Of a stretch of 64,000 nt of DNA, positions 18,281 to 29,350 are shown in pieces; within the stretch, counting starts at the first letter, position 1, and each line of letters begins with the position of its first letter. Source of the stretch: an uncultured Pseudomonadota bacterium. Lineage in GTDB: Bacteria; Pseudomonadota; Alphaproteobacteria; JACZXZ01. The stretch covers positions 288,001 to 352,000 of the forward strand of contig CAVVLJ010000021.1 of assembly GCA_963749075.1 (NCBI GenBank). The letters run 5' to 3'. Under the pieces are notes generated by a model. That model did not search any database. It saw only the letters and a list, made by a program, of their open reading frames with translations, and was not told where the DNA came from. The position numbers and the translations under genes are program-made.

Positions 18281-19222
18281 TCACGCGCGCAGGCGCGGGT
18301 TCACCAGCACATAGGCGAAGTCCGCGCAGATGTTGAGGAGGATGTAGATCGTCGCCGTCACCAGCACGACGCCCTGCACGACCGCATAGTCGCGGTTGAA
18401 CACCGCATCGACGATGAGCTTGCCGAAGCCCGGGATGGTGAAGACCTGCTCGGTCAGCACCGCACCAGAGAGGAGCTGGCCGAACTCGAGCGCGCCCAAG
18501 GTGATGACCGGGATGAGGGCGTTGCGCAGGCTGTGGTGCAGCACCACGGTGCGCTCCGAGAGGCCCTTGGCGCGCGCCGTGCGCACGTAGTCCGAACCGA
18601 GCACCTGCAGCATGGCGCTTCGCGTGTGGCGCATGATCACCGCCGCCACGGCATTGCCCAAGACGAAGGCCGGCATGATGATGGTGCGCAGGTTCTCGCC
18701 AAGATTCTCGGAGGGCGGCACGAAGCCGGAGGCCGGCAGCCAGCCGAGATCGACCGAGACGAGGAGAATCAGCATGATGCCGAGCCAGAAGTTCGGCGTC
18801 GAGAGACCCCAGAGGGCAAAGAGATTGGCGGCGTAATCGATGAGGCTGCCGCTCTTGACCGCCGAGAGAATGCCGGCCGGGATGCCGATCAGAAGGGCGA
18901 TGAGGAAGGCGAGGCCGCCGAGCTCGAGCGTCACCGGCAGCTTCTGCAGCACCAGCGTGCCGACCGGCATCTTGTTGCGCAAGGACTCGCCGAGGTCGCC
19001 GGTGAGCGCGCCCGTGGCCCACAGGAAGTAGCGCACGGGGAGCGGCTGGTCCAAGTGGTACTTGTGGCGGATATAGGCGATCACGTTGGGATCGCGGTCC
19101 TCGCCCGCCAGCACGAGGGCGGGATCGCCGGGCAGCAGCTGCTGCAGCCCGAAGATGATGAGCGAGACGAAGACGAGCGTCGGCACCGCGATCAGCAGGC
19201 GGCGGGCGAGGAAGGCGAGCAT
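18281..19222 (-). CDS. peptide ABC transporter permease (DppB/OppB-like)
   Basis: LPGDPA, YVRTARAKGL, RDYAVVQG. Confidence 0.92.
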   Translation of the reverse strand: MLAFLARRLLIAVPTLVFVSLIIFGLQQLLPGDPALVLAGEDRDPNVIAYIRHKYHLDQPLPVRYFLWATGALTGDLGESLRNKMPVGTLVLQKLPVTLELGGLAFLIALLIGIPAGILSAVKSGSLIDYAANLFALWGLSTPNFWLGIMLILLVSVDLGWLPASGFVPPSENLGENLRTIIMPAFVLGNAVAAVIMRHTRSAMLQVLGSDYVRTARAKGLSERTVVLHHSLRNALIPVITLGALEFGQLLSGAVLTEQVFTIPGFGKLIVDAVFNRDYAVVQGVVLVTATIYILLNICADFAYVLVNPRLRA

Positions 19223-19258
19223 GGCGGCCGCGCGTGCCGGCGGCGGCGGAGGGAGGCC

Positions 19259-20779
19259 CTACTGGAGCTTGAGGTCCTCGACGCGCACGAGCCCGTCGGG
19301 AAAGGGCGTGAAGCCCGCGAGCTTCTTGCTGTAGCCGTAGATCCAGCGCTGGTTGTAGAGGTAGATGATCGGCAGGTCGCGCTGCAAGAGAGCGTCCATC
19401 TGGTCGTAGATCGTCTTGCGCGCCGCCGTGTCGATGGTGGTGCGGCCCTCGCCGAGGAGCTTGTCGACATCGGGATTGCAATAGTGCCCGTAGTTGAGCG
19501 AGCCCTTGCACGCGACGAAGAGAAAGAGGTTGCCGTCGGGATCGACGCGCCCGCTCCAGCCGATCTGGTAGGCCTGGAAATCGCCGCCCACTGCGCGGTC
19601 GAGCGAGGTGGCGAACTCGATGGACTGGATCTTGAGATCGATGCCGGCCTCCTTCGCCATGGCCTGGATCACCTGCGCCACCTGCTGGTCGTCGCTCGTC
19701 GTCGGCACCATGAGCTCGATGGTGGGATTGGACTGACCGGCGGCCTTGAGCAGCTCCTTCGCCTTGGCCACGTCGCGCGCCGGCACGGGGAAGGCCTTGT
19801 CGAACCACGGGCTCGCGGGCGAGAAGGGCTGATCGCCTGCGAGGTACTCGCCGTTGTAGACGACCTGCATCAGCGCTTGGCGGTCGATCGAGAGGCTGAG
19901 CGCCTCGCGCACGCGCGGGTCCTCACCGAGCGGGTCTTTCGCCTTGTCGCCGTTCGCCATGTTGACGGTGATGCCGATGTAGCCGATGCCCGCGATGGAG
20001 GCTACGGCGAGCTTCGGGTCCTTGCGCACCGCGGGCACGTCGGTCGGCTGCAGGCGCTCGATGAAGTCGAGGCTGCCGGCCTCGAGGTTGGCCACGCGCA
20101 CGGCCGCGTCGGGGATCGGGCGGTACTCGATGCGGTCGATGAAGACGTGGTCCTTGTCCCAGTACTTGTCGAACTTCTCGACCACGATGCGGTCTTGCGC
20201 CACGCGCTCGACGAACTTGAAGGGCCCGGAGCACACCGGATGGGCGCCGAAGTTGTCGCCTTCGGCCTTGGCCGCCGTGGGCGAGACCATCATGCCGGCG
20301 CGGTCGGTAAGCTGCGCCAGGAGCGGTGCAAAGGGTGCCGCGAGATCGAGGCGCACCGTCGCGGGATCGATCACCTCGACGCTTTGGATGGCGCTGATCT
20401 CGCCCTTGCGGTTGGAGCCCTTCATGGTGAGGTGGCGCTCGATGTTGTACTTGACGGCCTCGGCGTCGAACGGCGTGCCGTCCTGGAAGACGACGCCCTG
20501 GCGCAGCTTGAGCGTTATGGACTTGTTGTCGGGCGCCCAGGCGTAGCTCGTCGCCAGCTGCGGCACGATCTTGAGATCGGCGGTGATGTCGAAGAGCTTG
20601 TCGCACAGGCTCGCGAAGACTATGCGGCCCACGAAGGTGCGCGCGAGCGTGGGATCGAGGATGTCGGGGTCCTCGGCGAGCCCGATGCGCAAGGTGGCGG
20701 CGGCGCCGGCGCCCGCGGCAAATGCGGCGAGCACGGCGGCGAGCGCCGCGGCAACGGTGAATCTGCTCGGCTTTCCCAT
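19259..20779 (-). CDS. peptide ABC transporter substrate-binding protein (family 5)
   Basis: Signal peptide; LATSYAW, LRQGVVFQDGTPFDAEAVKY. Confidence 0.92.
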   Translation of the reverse strand: MGKPSRFTVAAALAAVLAAFAAGAGAAATLRIGLAEDPDILDPTLARTFVGRIVFASLCDKLFDITADLKIVPQLATSYAWAPDNKSITLKLRQGVVFQDGTPFDAEAVKYNIERHLTMKGSNRKGEISAIQSVEVIDPATVRLDLAAPFAPLLAQLTDRAGMMVSPTAAKAEGDNFGAHPVCSGPFKFVERVAQDRIVVEKFDKYWDKDHVFIDRIEYRPIPDAAVRVANLEAGSLDFIERLQPTDVPAVRKDPKLAVASIAGIGYIGITVNMANGDKAKDPLGEDPRVREALSLSIDRQALMQVVYNGEYLAGDQPFSPASPWFDKAFPVPARDVAKAKELLKAAGQSNPTIELMVPTTSDDQQVAQVIQAMAKEAGIDLKIQSIEFATSLDRAVGGDFQAYQIGWSGRVDPDGNLFLFVACKGSLNYGHYCNPDVDKLLGEGRTTIDTAARKTIYDQMDALLQRDLPIIYLYNQRWIYGYSKKLAGFTPFPDGLVRVEDLKLQ

Positions 20780-20932
20780 CTTTCGCCTCCTCGCTGTGAG
20801 CTTCCCTTTGGGCCTCGGCTTTTGCTCGCCTCTTGACCCCGCTCGGCCGAGCGACGGTATCCCGCGCTCGCGGCGCTGCCTAGTGTCTCGCCTTAGCAGC
20901 CGCCTGCCAATCAAAATGCCGCGAGCGGCCCC

Positions 20933-22023
20933 TCAGCCCGTGCCGCCGCTGCCGGGCTCTTCGCTGAAGAAGGCCTGGAGGCGCTCGAGCCGCGGGTTGG
21001 GCGGCTCGTCCTCCGGGCGCGGGATGAGGTCCGCGGCCGACGGAATCTCGCGCCAGAAATGGCAGGCGGCGAGGTGCCCGGCGTCTTCGCCCGCGAGGCC
21101 CGGCTCCTCCTCCCGGCAGCGCTCGCGGGCGTGCGGGCAGCGGGTGTGGAAGCGGCAGCCGGGCGGCACCGCGAGAGGGCTCGGCACGTCGCCCTCGAGG
21201 ATCATGCGCCGCCGCGCACGCTCCGGTGCGGGCAGCGGGATCGCCGAGAGGAGGGCCTGGGTATAAGGGTGGCGGGGTGCCGCGAAGAGGCGGTCCTTCT
21301 CCGCCAGCTCGACGATCTTGCCGAGATACATGACGGCCACGCGGTCCGCGATGTGCTTCACCACCGCGAGGTCGTGGGCGATGAAGAGGTAGCTCAGCCC
21401 GAAGCGGGCTTGCAGGTCCATGAGCAGGTTGATGACCTGGGCGCGCACCGAGACGTCGAGCGCCGAGACGGGCTCGTCGCAGACGAGGAGCTTGGGCTCG
21501 ACCGCGAGCGCGCGCGCGATGCCGATGCGCTGGCGCTGGCCGCCGGAGAATTCGTGGGGATAGCGCCGCGCATGGCTGGGCAAGAGGCCGACCAGCCCGA
21601 GGAGCTCGGCCACCCGCGCGCGCCGGGCGCCGCGCTCGGCGAGGCCGTGGACGGCGAGCGGCTCGGCGAGCATCTCGCCCACCGTCATGCGCGGGTTGAG
21701 CGAGGCATAGGGGTCCTGGAAGACGATCTGCATCTCGCGGCGCAAGGCCCGCATGCCGCCGCCCGAGAGGCCGAGGATGTCGCGGCCGGCGAAGCGGATG
21801 CTGCCCGCATCGGGGTCGAGGAGCCGCAGCACGAGCCGGCCCGTCGTCGATTTGCCGCAGCCGCTCTCGCCCACGAGCGCCAGCGTCTCGCCCGCGTCCA
21901 CGCTGAAGCCGATGCCGTCGACCGCCTTGACGGTGCCGCGGCTGCGGCCGAGGAGGCCGGAGCCGGCCTCGAAATGCTTGACCAGGCCCGCCACCTCGAG
22001 GAGCGCTGCCCCTTGCGCCGCCA

Positions 22024-22027
<4 letters not shown>
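20933..22027 (-). CDS. peptide ABC transporter ATP-binding protein (DppF/OppF-like)
   Basis: [17 protein letters not shown], oligopeptide C-terminal Cys motif. Confidence 0.92.
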
Positions 22028-23047
<1,020 letters not shown>

Positions 23048-23053
23048 CGCCGC

Positions 23054-23767
23054 TCAGTCCTCGAGCGCTCGTTGGCGCAGCACCACCTCGGCGTCGATGA
23101 CGGCGCGGTCGTAGATGCCCGAGGGATTGGCGCGGCTGGGGAGGAAGGCGAGGAACGGCTGGAAGATCTGCTTGCTCACTTCGTGGAGGCGCCTCAACTC
23201 GGCGAGCGGCTCCGGGTGGTCGTCGACCCTGAGATCGAGGCTCGGGTAGCTCTCGCTGGTGAAGATGCAGAGCGCCGCCGACTGCTTGCCGCGCTTGTCG
23301 CCTCCCGCCGCCTGGCCGGCATCGAGGGCTACGATCAGGCGCTCGGCGAAGGGCAGCGCCGCGGCACTTGCGTAGGCGGCCGCAGTATCCTCCACTACCG
23401 CGGCACCGGCCAGCATGTTGCCGGCGACCGAGTAGCCCTCGCCCGCCTTGTGGCCGCACCAGCCGATGCAGCTTCGCCCCGTGTGCTGGGCGATGCGGCC
23501 CTGGCGGTCGATGAGGTGGAGCTGGCGGTGCTCGCGGCCCTCGTCCTCGGCGAGGAGGCGGGCGACGACCTCCTCGGGCTCCGCCGCCGCGGCGAGGAGT
23601 GCCATCCCCCGCGGTCCGAAAGTCGGATTGATGAGGGCCTGGGTGGCAAGCGCACCGATGCCGCTCGCCGCATGGGGACAGAGCGCACCGACGGCGAAGA
23701 AGCGGGTGGTGACGGCGACGCCGAAAGCGCCTGTCTCGGGATCGCGCGCGACGATCGACCAGGTCAT
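23054..23767 (-). CDS. DUF1028 family (Ntn-hydrolase-like) protein
   Basis: MTWSIVARDPETGAFGVAV, GGDKRGKQSAAL, DLRVDDH. Confidence 0.88.
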   Translation of the reverse strand: MTWSIVARDPETGAFGVAVTTRFFAVGALCPHAASGIGALATQALINPTFGPRGMALLAAAAEPEEVVARLLAEDEGREHRQLHLIDRQGRIAQHTGRSCIGWCGHKAGEGYSVAGNMLAGAAVVEDTAAAYASAAALPFAERLIVALDAGQAAGGDKRGKQSAALCIFTSESYPSLDLRVDDHPEPLAELRRLHEVSKQIFQPFLAFLPSRANPSGIYDRAVIDAEVVLRQRALED

Positions 23768-23946
23768 GCAGCGCCTTCCCTCTCGCGGCATGGCCGGCAC
23801 CAGCCGGTCATGGCGCCGGCATAGCTTGCCCGAGTGCTGCGGCGCACGCAAACGTCCGCCGCCGCGGCGCCGCCAACGACAAAAGCCGGCCGGATCGTCC
23901 CGGCCGGCCCGTCGATGACCTCTCGGTGCCTTGACCCTGCGCGAGA

Positions 23947-24486
23947 CTAGGCGGCGCTCGCCTGTGCCGGCGCCTGCACCTCGCCGCGCAGGAGCTCCTG
24001 CACGCTCATCGCGGCCGGCTTGAAGGCGCGCTCGAGCACAGGCACCGACTTGTAGGGGTCGGCCTTGCCGCACATGAAGATGTCGAAGGCGGCGAAGCCG
24101 CGCTCCGGCCAGGTGTGGACGCTGATGTGCGACTCCGCCAGCACCGCCACGCCCGACACGCCGCCGTTGGGCGTGAAGTGGTGGAGGTGAATGTGGAGGA
24201 GCGTCGCATTCGCGGCCTTGACGGCTGCCACCAGCGCGCGCTCGATATAGGGCACCTCGTCGAGATGCTCGGCCCCCTTGAGGTCGAGAATGAGATGGGT
24301 GCCCGCGAACGTCTTGCCGCCGCGCGTGACGAAGAAGTCCTTCGGCGCGGCGTCGTCCGAACGAAAGTATGCCCGGTTTGCACCGGTTGCGGTTCTGGAC
24401 AGGTCGGGCGTAACCGCTGGCGCCGATGCATTCGCCGTGCGCTGCGCGCGCCCCAAGTCCATCCCCAATTTGAAGCGAGTGGTCAT
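23947..24486 (-). CDS. speD: pyruvoyl-dependent S-adenosylmethionine decarboxylase proenzyme
   Basis: GTHLILD, GVSGVAVLAE|SHISVHTWPE, DIFMCG. Confidence 0.88.
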   Translation of the reverse strand: MTTRFKLGMDLGRAQRTANASAPAVTPDLSRTATGANRAYFRSDDAAPKDFFVTRGGKTFAGTHLILDLKGAEHLDEVPYIERALVAAVKAANATLLHIHLHHFTPNGGVSGVAVLAESHISVHTWPERGFAAFDIFMCGKADPYKSVPVLERAFKPAAMSVQELLRGEVQAPAQASAA

Positions 24487-24703
24487 TAGATCACACCCCC
24501 AAACCAGAAGATGTCTCGGTAAGCACGAGATGTTGGCGATATGAGGCAAGTTGCGCGCGAATGCAATAAAAAATTCACCCGCGGCCGATTTTTTCCTACC
24601 CGGCGCCCGGACCGCCAAGACGAAGGCGGCGGCCTCTTTCTCGGGCGGCGGTTCTGGGGCATGATGACGGCGCTGCCGTAGCGACGTTGAAGGGAGGCCA
24701 AGG

Positions 24704-25501
24704 ATGAGCCAGGCGCTGCGCCGACCGGGCGGCGACGAGGGGCTCCTCGTCAACCGCATGCACATTCCCTTCGAGCTCGATGCCGGCGTCTCCGCGCGCG
24801 CCGCGATCGGCCTCATCGTGCTCGCCACCGATCACACCATCGAGCACGAGTGGCGGCGGATGCTCGGCATCGAGGGCGTCGCCTTCTACGAGAGCCGCAT
24901 CCACAACGCGGTCCAAATAACGCCCGAGACGCTCAAGGCGATGGAGGCGGGCCTCGCCACGGCGGCGGGCCTCATCCGCCCGGGCGAGCATCTCGACGTG
25001 ATGGCCTACGGCTGCACCTCGGGCACCATGGTCATGGGCGAGGAGACGGTGTTCGCGCGCATCCGCGAGGCGCGGCCGGGGATCGCCTGCACCTCGCCCA
25101 TCACCGCAGCCCTCGCCGGCTTCGCTGCACTCGGCGTCGCGCGCATCGCGCTCTTGACACCCTACATCGACGCCATCAACCGCATGATGCGCGACTATAT
25201 CGAGGCGCGCGGCATCGCGGTGCCCGTGATGGGCTCCTTCAATCACGAGAACGACAACGAGGTCGCGCGCATCTCGCCCGCCTCGATCGAGGCCGCCGTG
25301 CTCGAGCTCGGCCGCCACGGCAGCGTCGACGCCGTCTTCGTCTCCTGCACGAGCCTCAGGGTCGCGGAGCGCGTGGCGGCGATGGAGGCCAAGCTCGGCA
25401 AGCCCGTCACCGCGAGCAACCACGCCATGGCCTGGCACAGCCTGCGCCTCGCCGGCTACCGCGATCCCGTGCCCGGCTTCGGCAGGCTGCTCGCTATCTG
25501 A
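24704..25501 (+). CDS. Asp/Glu racemase / maleate isomerase family protein
   Basis: YGCTSG and SCTSLR two-cysteine motifs, TPY, SNHA. Confidence 0.85.
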   Translation: MSQALRRPGGDEGLLVNRMHIPFELDAGVSARAAIGLIVLATDHTIEHEWRRMLGIEGVAFYESRIHNAVQITPETLKAMEAGLATAAGLIRPGEHLDVMAYGCTSGTMVMGEETVFARIREARPGIACTSPITAALAGFAALGVARIALLTPYIDAINRMMRDYIEARGIAVPVMGSFNHENDNEVARISPASIEAAVLELGRHGSVDAVFVSCTSLRVAERVAAMEAKLGKPVTASNHAMAWHSLRLAGYRDPVPGFGRLLAI

Positions 25502-26735
25502 GTCCGAGGCCGTCCGCCGGGTGCTCGGGCGCCCTGCCCGCCATGAGGTCGGCGAGGATGCGGCTCGAGCCCGCCGACATGGTCCAGCCCATGTGGCCGT
25601 GGCCGGTGTTGTACCAGAGGTTGTCCAAGGGCGAGCGGCAGACGATGGGCGGGCCGTCGGGCGTCATGGGCCTCAGGCACGACCAGTAGCTCGGCCTCGA
25701 GAAATCGACGCCCTTGGGGAAGAGCTCGCGCGCCAGCGCCATCATGGTGGCGAAGTCCGCCGGCCGGTGGCTGTTGTCGAAGCCGGAGAAGTCGGCGGTC
25801 GCCGTCATGCGCAGCCGCTCCCCCATGCCGCAATAGGCGACGAGCGCGCCTTCGTCGACGCCGCCCACCTTGGGCGAGAGCGAAGGCGCGATCGGCAGCG
25901 TCAAGGAGAAGCCCTTGACCGGATAGACCGGGATGCCGAGCCCGGCCGACGCCGCCACGCGGGCGCTATAGCTGCCGAGCGAGAGGACGTAGGCGTCGGC
26001 ACTCCTCGCTCCGCGCGCGGTGGCGACGGCCGCGATGCGGCCGCCGCTGCGCTCGAGGCCCGTGATCTCGCAGCCGAGCTCGAAGGCGACGCCGAGGCGC
26101 TTGCAGGCCTCGGCGAGCTGCACGGTGAAGGCGTTGCAGTCGCCGCTGCCGTCGCTCGGGCAATAGACAGCACCTGCGAGCTTCTCCGCGATCGGCGCCA
26201 GCGCCGGCTCGATCTCGACCGCGCGCCTCGCGTCGATGACCTCGACCGGCAGGCCGTGGTCCTTAAGCAGCGTCATGTTGGCGATGCCTTGCGCGAAATG
26301 TGCCGCGTCGCGATAGAAGAAGAGCAGACCCTTGCGGTATTGGTGATAGCTCAAGCCCTCCGCGCCGGCGATCTCCTCGAGCTTGCCCTGGCTGTAGCGG
26401 CAGAGGGCAAGCTTGATGAGCGTGTTGGTGCGCGCGGTCTTGGCCGAGCAGGCGCAGAGGAACTTGAGGCCCCAGATCCAGAAGCGCCAGTCGAGGCTGA
26501 AGTGCATGCGATAGGAAAGATCGCGATGCCACAGCGACTGCAGGAGGAGCTTCGGCGCGCGCGGCGAGTTCCAGGTGAAGGAGTGGCCGGGCGCCACCAG
26601 ACCGGCATTGGCGTAGCTCGTCTCGCCGGCCGGCTCGCTTCCGCGGTCGAGCACCACCACCTCGTGGCCGGCCTTCGCGAGGTAGTAGGCCGTGGTGACG
26701 CCGACCACGCCTGCGCCCATCACGATCGTTTTCAT
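25494..26735 (-). CDS. dadA: D-amino acid dehydrogenase family FAD oxidoreductase
   Basis: GAGVVG, TSYANAG, LRPMTPDG, NTGHGHMGWT. Confidence 0.85.
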   Translation of the reverse strand: MKTIVMGAGVVGVTTAYYLAKAGHEVVVLDRGSEPAGETSYANAGLVAPGHSFTWNSPRAPKLLLQSLWHRDLSYRMHFSLDWRFWIWGLKFLCACSAKTARTNTLIKLALCRYSQGKLEEIAGAEGLSYHQYRKGLLFFYRDAAHFAQGIANMTLLKDHGLPVEVIDARRAVEIEPALAPIAEKLAGAVYCPSDGSGDCNAFTVQLAEACKRLGVAFELGCEITGLERSGGRIAAVATARGARSADAYVLSLGSYSARVAASAGLGIPVYPVKGFSLTLPIAPSLSPKVGGVDEGALVAYCGMGERLRMTATADFSGFDNSHRPADFATMMALARELFPKGVDFSRPSYWSCLRPMTPDGPPIVCRSPLDNLWYNTGHGHMGWTMSAGSSRILADLMAGRAPEHPADGLGLR

Positions 26736-26803
26736 GGCGCACCTTCCTCCCCTTATCCGCCGCGGGCGATGCTACGCGAAGGCGGCGCGCTTGCGAAGCG
26801 GCC

Positions 26804-27580
26804 TCAGCCGATGCGGAGGGGGCCGAGCAGCCACACCGTCCAGAAGCCGAGTGCGATGAAGGGCCCGAAGGCCAGCACCTCCCGCTCGAGCGGCCGATGG
26901 GCGCGGACGGCGCGCGCGAGGCCGACCGCAAGGCCGCTCAGGCTGGCGAGGAGCAGCACGCTCGGCAGCCCCTGCCAGGAGACCCAGGCGCCTGCCGCGG
27001 CCATGAGCTTGATGTCGCCGCCGCCGAGCCCCTCCCGCTTCCTGAGGCGGCGATAGACGGCGGCGACGAGCCAGAGACCCCCGCCGCCGGCGAGCGCACC
27101 GAGCGCGTGGTCGGCAAGGGAGCCGGGCTCGAGCGCCCAGCTCGCGAGCAGGCCGGCAGGGATGAGCGTGAGCGTGAGCGCGTCCGGCATGAAAAGATGG
27201 CGCGCGTCGATCCAGGCGAGCACCAGGAGGGTCCAGCCGAGCAGCAGGCTCACCGCCAGCACCGGGACCGGCGCATCGCTGAGTGCCGCCGCCGCCGTCA
27301 GTGCGACCGCAACTGAGGCGAGCTCGACGAGGGGGTAGAACCAGCCGAGGGCAGCGCCGCAGGTGCGGCAGCGGCCCTTGAGGACGAGCCAGCTCACGAG
27401 CGGCACGAGATCGCGCGCGGCGAGACGCTGCCCGCAATGGGGGCAATGGGAGCGCCCGAGGATGACGCCGCGCCGCTGGGCGCCCCCCTGGGGCAGCCGG
27501 ACGATGACGCTGCCGATGAAGCTGCCGACGGCGGGTGCTGCCAGGAGGCCGGCGAGTGCCGCGGCGTCAGCCGGGCTCAT
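26804..27580 (-). CDS. gspO: prepilin peptidase (A24)
   Basis: RSHCPHC, GRCRTC, ID and GGGDIKL aspartates. Confidence 0.9.
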   Translation of the reverse strand: MSPADAAALAGLLAAPAVGSFIGSVIVRLPQGGAQRRGVILGRSHCPHCGQRLAARDLVPLVSWLVLKGRCRTCGAALGWFYPLVELASVAVALTAAAALSDAPVPVLAVSLLLGWTLLVLAWIDARHLFMPDALTLTLIPAGLLASWALEPGSLADHALGALAGGGGLWLVAAVYRRLRKREGLGGGDIKLMAAAGAWVSWQGLPSVLLLASLSGLAVGLARAVRAHRPLEREVLAFGPFIALGFWTVWLLGPLRIG

Positions 27581-27687
27581 GGCGCTCCGCCGGACCATGC
27601 GGCACCGGCGCGTTGCATCGCGGGGCGCTTGTGATAGCATCGCGGCCGGGCGGAGGGGCGCCCGCGGCGTTGCTTTGCCTGGCGGTC

Positions 27688-28146
27688 ATGACAGCACTCG
27701 CGACCTCGATTTCCCGCCGCCGCAGGCCGCTCTCGAACGAGGACGGCTTCACCCTCCTCGAGCTCCTCGTGGTGCTCGCCATCCTCGGTCTGCTGATCGG
27801 GCTCGTGGCGCCCCACGTGATGAGGATACTCAGCACCTCCAAGGAGAAGATCGCCACCCAGTCGATCGAGCGCATCGAAGGCATCCTCGACATCTACCGC
27901 CTCGACGTCGGCAGCTATCCGAGCACCGACCAGGGTCTCGAGGCGCTGATCCGCAGGCCGGCGGGGGTCGCCAACTGGAACGGGCCCTACATCAAGGGCG
28001 ACCAGGTGCCGCTCGATCCCTGGGGCCATCCCTTCCAATACCGCTGCCCGAGCCAGCGGCCCGGCCACGACTACGATCTCTTGAGCCTGGGCCCGAGCGG
28101 CGAGCCCGGCGGCAGCGGCGACAACGCGCCGATCGTCAATCGCTAG
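27688..28146 (+). CDS. gspG: T2SS major pseudopilin
   Basis: GFTLLELLVV, YRLDVGSYPS, WNGPYI, DPWGHPF. Confidence 0.93.
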   Translation: MTALATSISRRRRPLSNEDGFTLLELLVVLAILGLLIGLVAPHVMRILSTSKEKIATQSIERIEGILDIYRLDVGSYPSTDQGLEALIRRPAGVANWNGPYIKGDQVPLDPWGHPFQYRCPSQRPGHDYDLLSLGPSGEPGGSGDNAPIVNR

Positions 28147-28196
28147 CATGCTCTTTGCCCAGGGGGCATTTGCTCAAGCGCAAGCGCCGCCCCGTT

Positions 28197-28511
28197 CGTC
28201 AGTCCCGCGCAAGCGGGAACCCACTCGCAGCTCTCTACCCCCGCTTGCGCGGTAGTAGATGCACAGAAGTATGAAGAGCGCTGCCCAATCATGACGTTGC
28301 GCTGTCGAAGCGGCGCCTCGGACCGGCGGCTATGCGTCCTTCGAGACGCTCGCTGCGCTCGCTCCTCGGGATGAGGCCAAGTCTTTCTGCCACCCACGCA
28401 ATCTCCTCGTCCTGAGGAGCGCCCCGAAGGGGCGCCTCTCGAAGGACCCGCGGCGGTACTGCAGGCCTCCGCAAGATGCGTGCATCGGCAAGCGCTTTCG
28501 CGGGGGTGACG
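28197..28511. repeat. CGTC-type REP doublet whose second REP is interrupted by a 251-bp element
   Basis: cgtcagtcccgcgcaagcgggaaccca (28197-28223); split inverted copy tacccccgc (28236-28244) and tttcgcgggggtgacg (28496-28511). Confidence 0.85.
28245..28495. mobile_element. 251-bp non-coding MITE-like element, copy 1
   Basis: About 10 substitutions versus 61222-61472; subterminal IR GATGCAC (28258) and GTGCATC (28480); internal palindrome pair 28336-28376 and 28405-28447. Confidence 0.8.
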
Positions 28512-28543
28512 GGAGAAGCGGTTCCACCTGATCGAAACAAGCC

Positions 28544-29338
28544 CTACCTCTCGGGAAGCTCGCCGCGCTCCCAGGCGAGCACGTCATAGCCGGCGGCATT
28601 GCCGGGGTCGATCGCCACGACGGCGCGGCGGACGAAGGTGGCTCCCCGCTCCGATTGCGCGGTGACGGTGATCGCGACGGTCGGCCGCTCGCCCAGTGCC
28701 AGCGCCGGATTGAAGGCGCCCGGGGTCGAGGCCGGGTTGGCGGCGGCACTGGCCAAGGCAGTCGCGACGAGCGGCCGTGCGCCGTGCGCGTCCGGCACCG
28801 AGGCGCCCGAGTGGATGCTCAGGACCGGGCGCAGCTCCGCGAGGATCGCGGGCGTCATGCCGGGCACGCGCAGCAGCTCGTCGATGGTCTCGATCGTGCC
28901 GCTCGGCGGCGGCGCATTGGTCCGCACGCTGCGGTATTCGACGATCGCGGCGGCGAGCTGCTGGGCTTGCTCGTCGTCGACGCCGGCTGCCTGCAACAGC
29001 GCCGAGAGCAGCCAGTCGGGCGCCAGGTTCGGATTGACCTTGGCATTCTCGTCCTCGATGCGCACGACGGCGCTGCCGCCCGGCAATGCCAAGCGCTGCG
29101 GCGCGCCGCCGATCGTCAGGCTCTCGGCCCCGCCGCGCTCCATGAGGGCGAGCACGGCGCGCGCCACGCCGGCGTCCGCGACCGCCTCGGCTTCCGCGCC
29201 GGCCACCAGGTTGTAGGCAATGCGCGCCTCGGTGCGGCCGGTCGCGGCGAGGTGAAGGGCGATCGCGGAGAGCAGCACGAGCACCGAGAGCACGAGGAGG
29301 AGAGCGAAGCCGTGCCGGCCGAGGGCGCGCGGCATCAT
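28544..29338 (-). CDS. gspK: T2SS minor pseudopilin K
   Basis: GFALLLVL, IEDENAKVNPN, ELLRVPGMT. Confidence 0.85.
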   Translation of the reverse strand: MMPRALGRHGFALLLVLSVLVLLSAIALHLAATGRTEARIAYNLVAGAEAEAVADAGVARAVLALMERGGAESLTIGGAPQRLALPGGSAVVRIEDENAKVNPNLAPDWLLSALLQAAGVDDEQAQQLAAAIVEYRSVRTNAPPPSGTIETIDELLRVPGMTPAILAELRPVLSIHSGASVPDAHGARPLVATALASAAANPASTPGAFNPALALGERPTVAITVTAQSERGATFVRRAVVAIDPGNAAGYDVLAWERGELPER

Positions 29339-29350
29339 GGCTCGGCCTGC

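Noticed and set aside
28143-28540. Short ORFs across the repeat element (also 61024..61269 and most of 61266..61595)
   Set aside because: Translations of REP and element sequence; ends differ between the two copies
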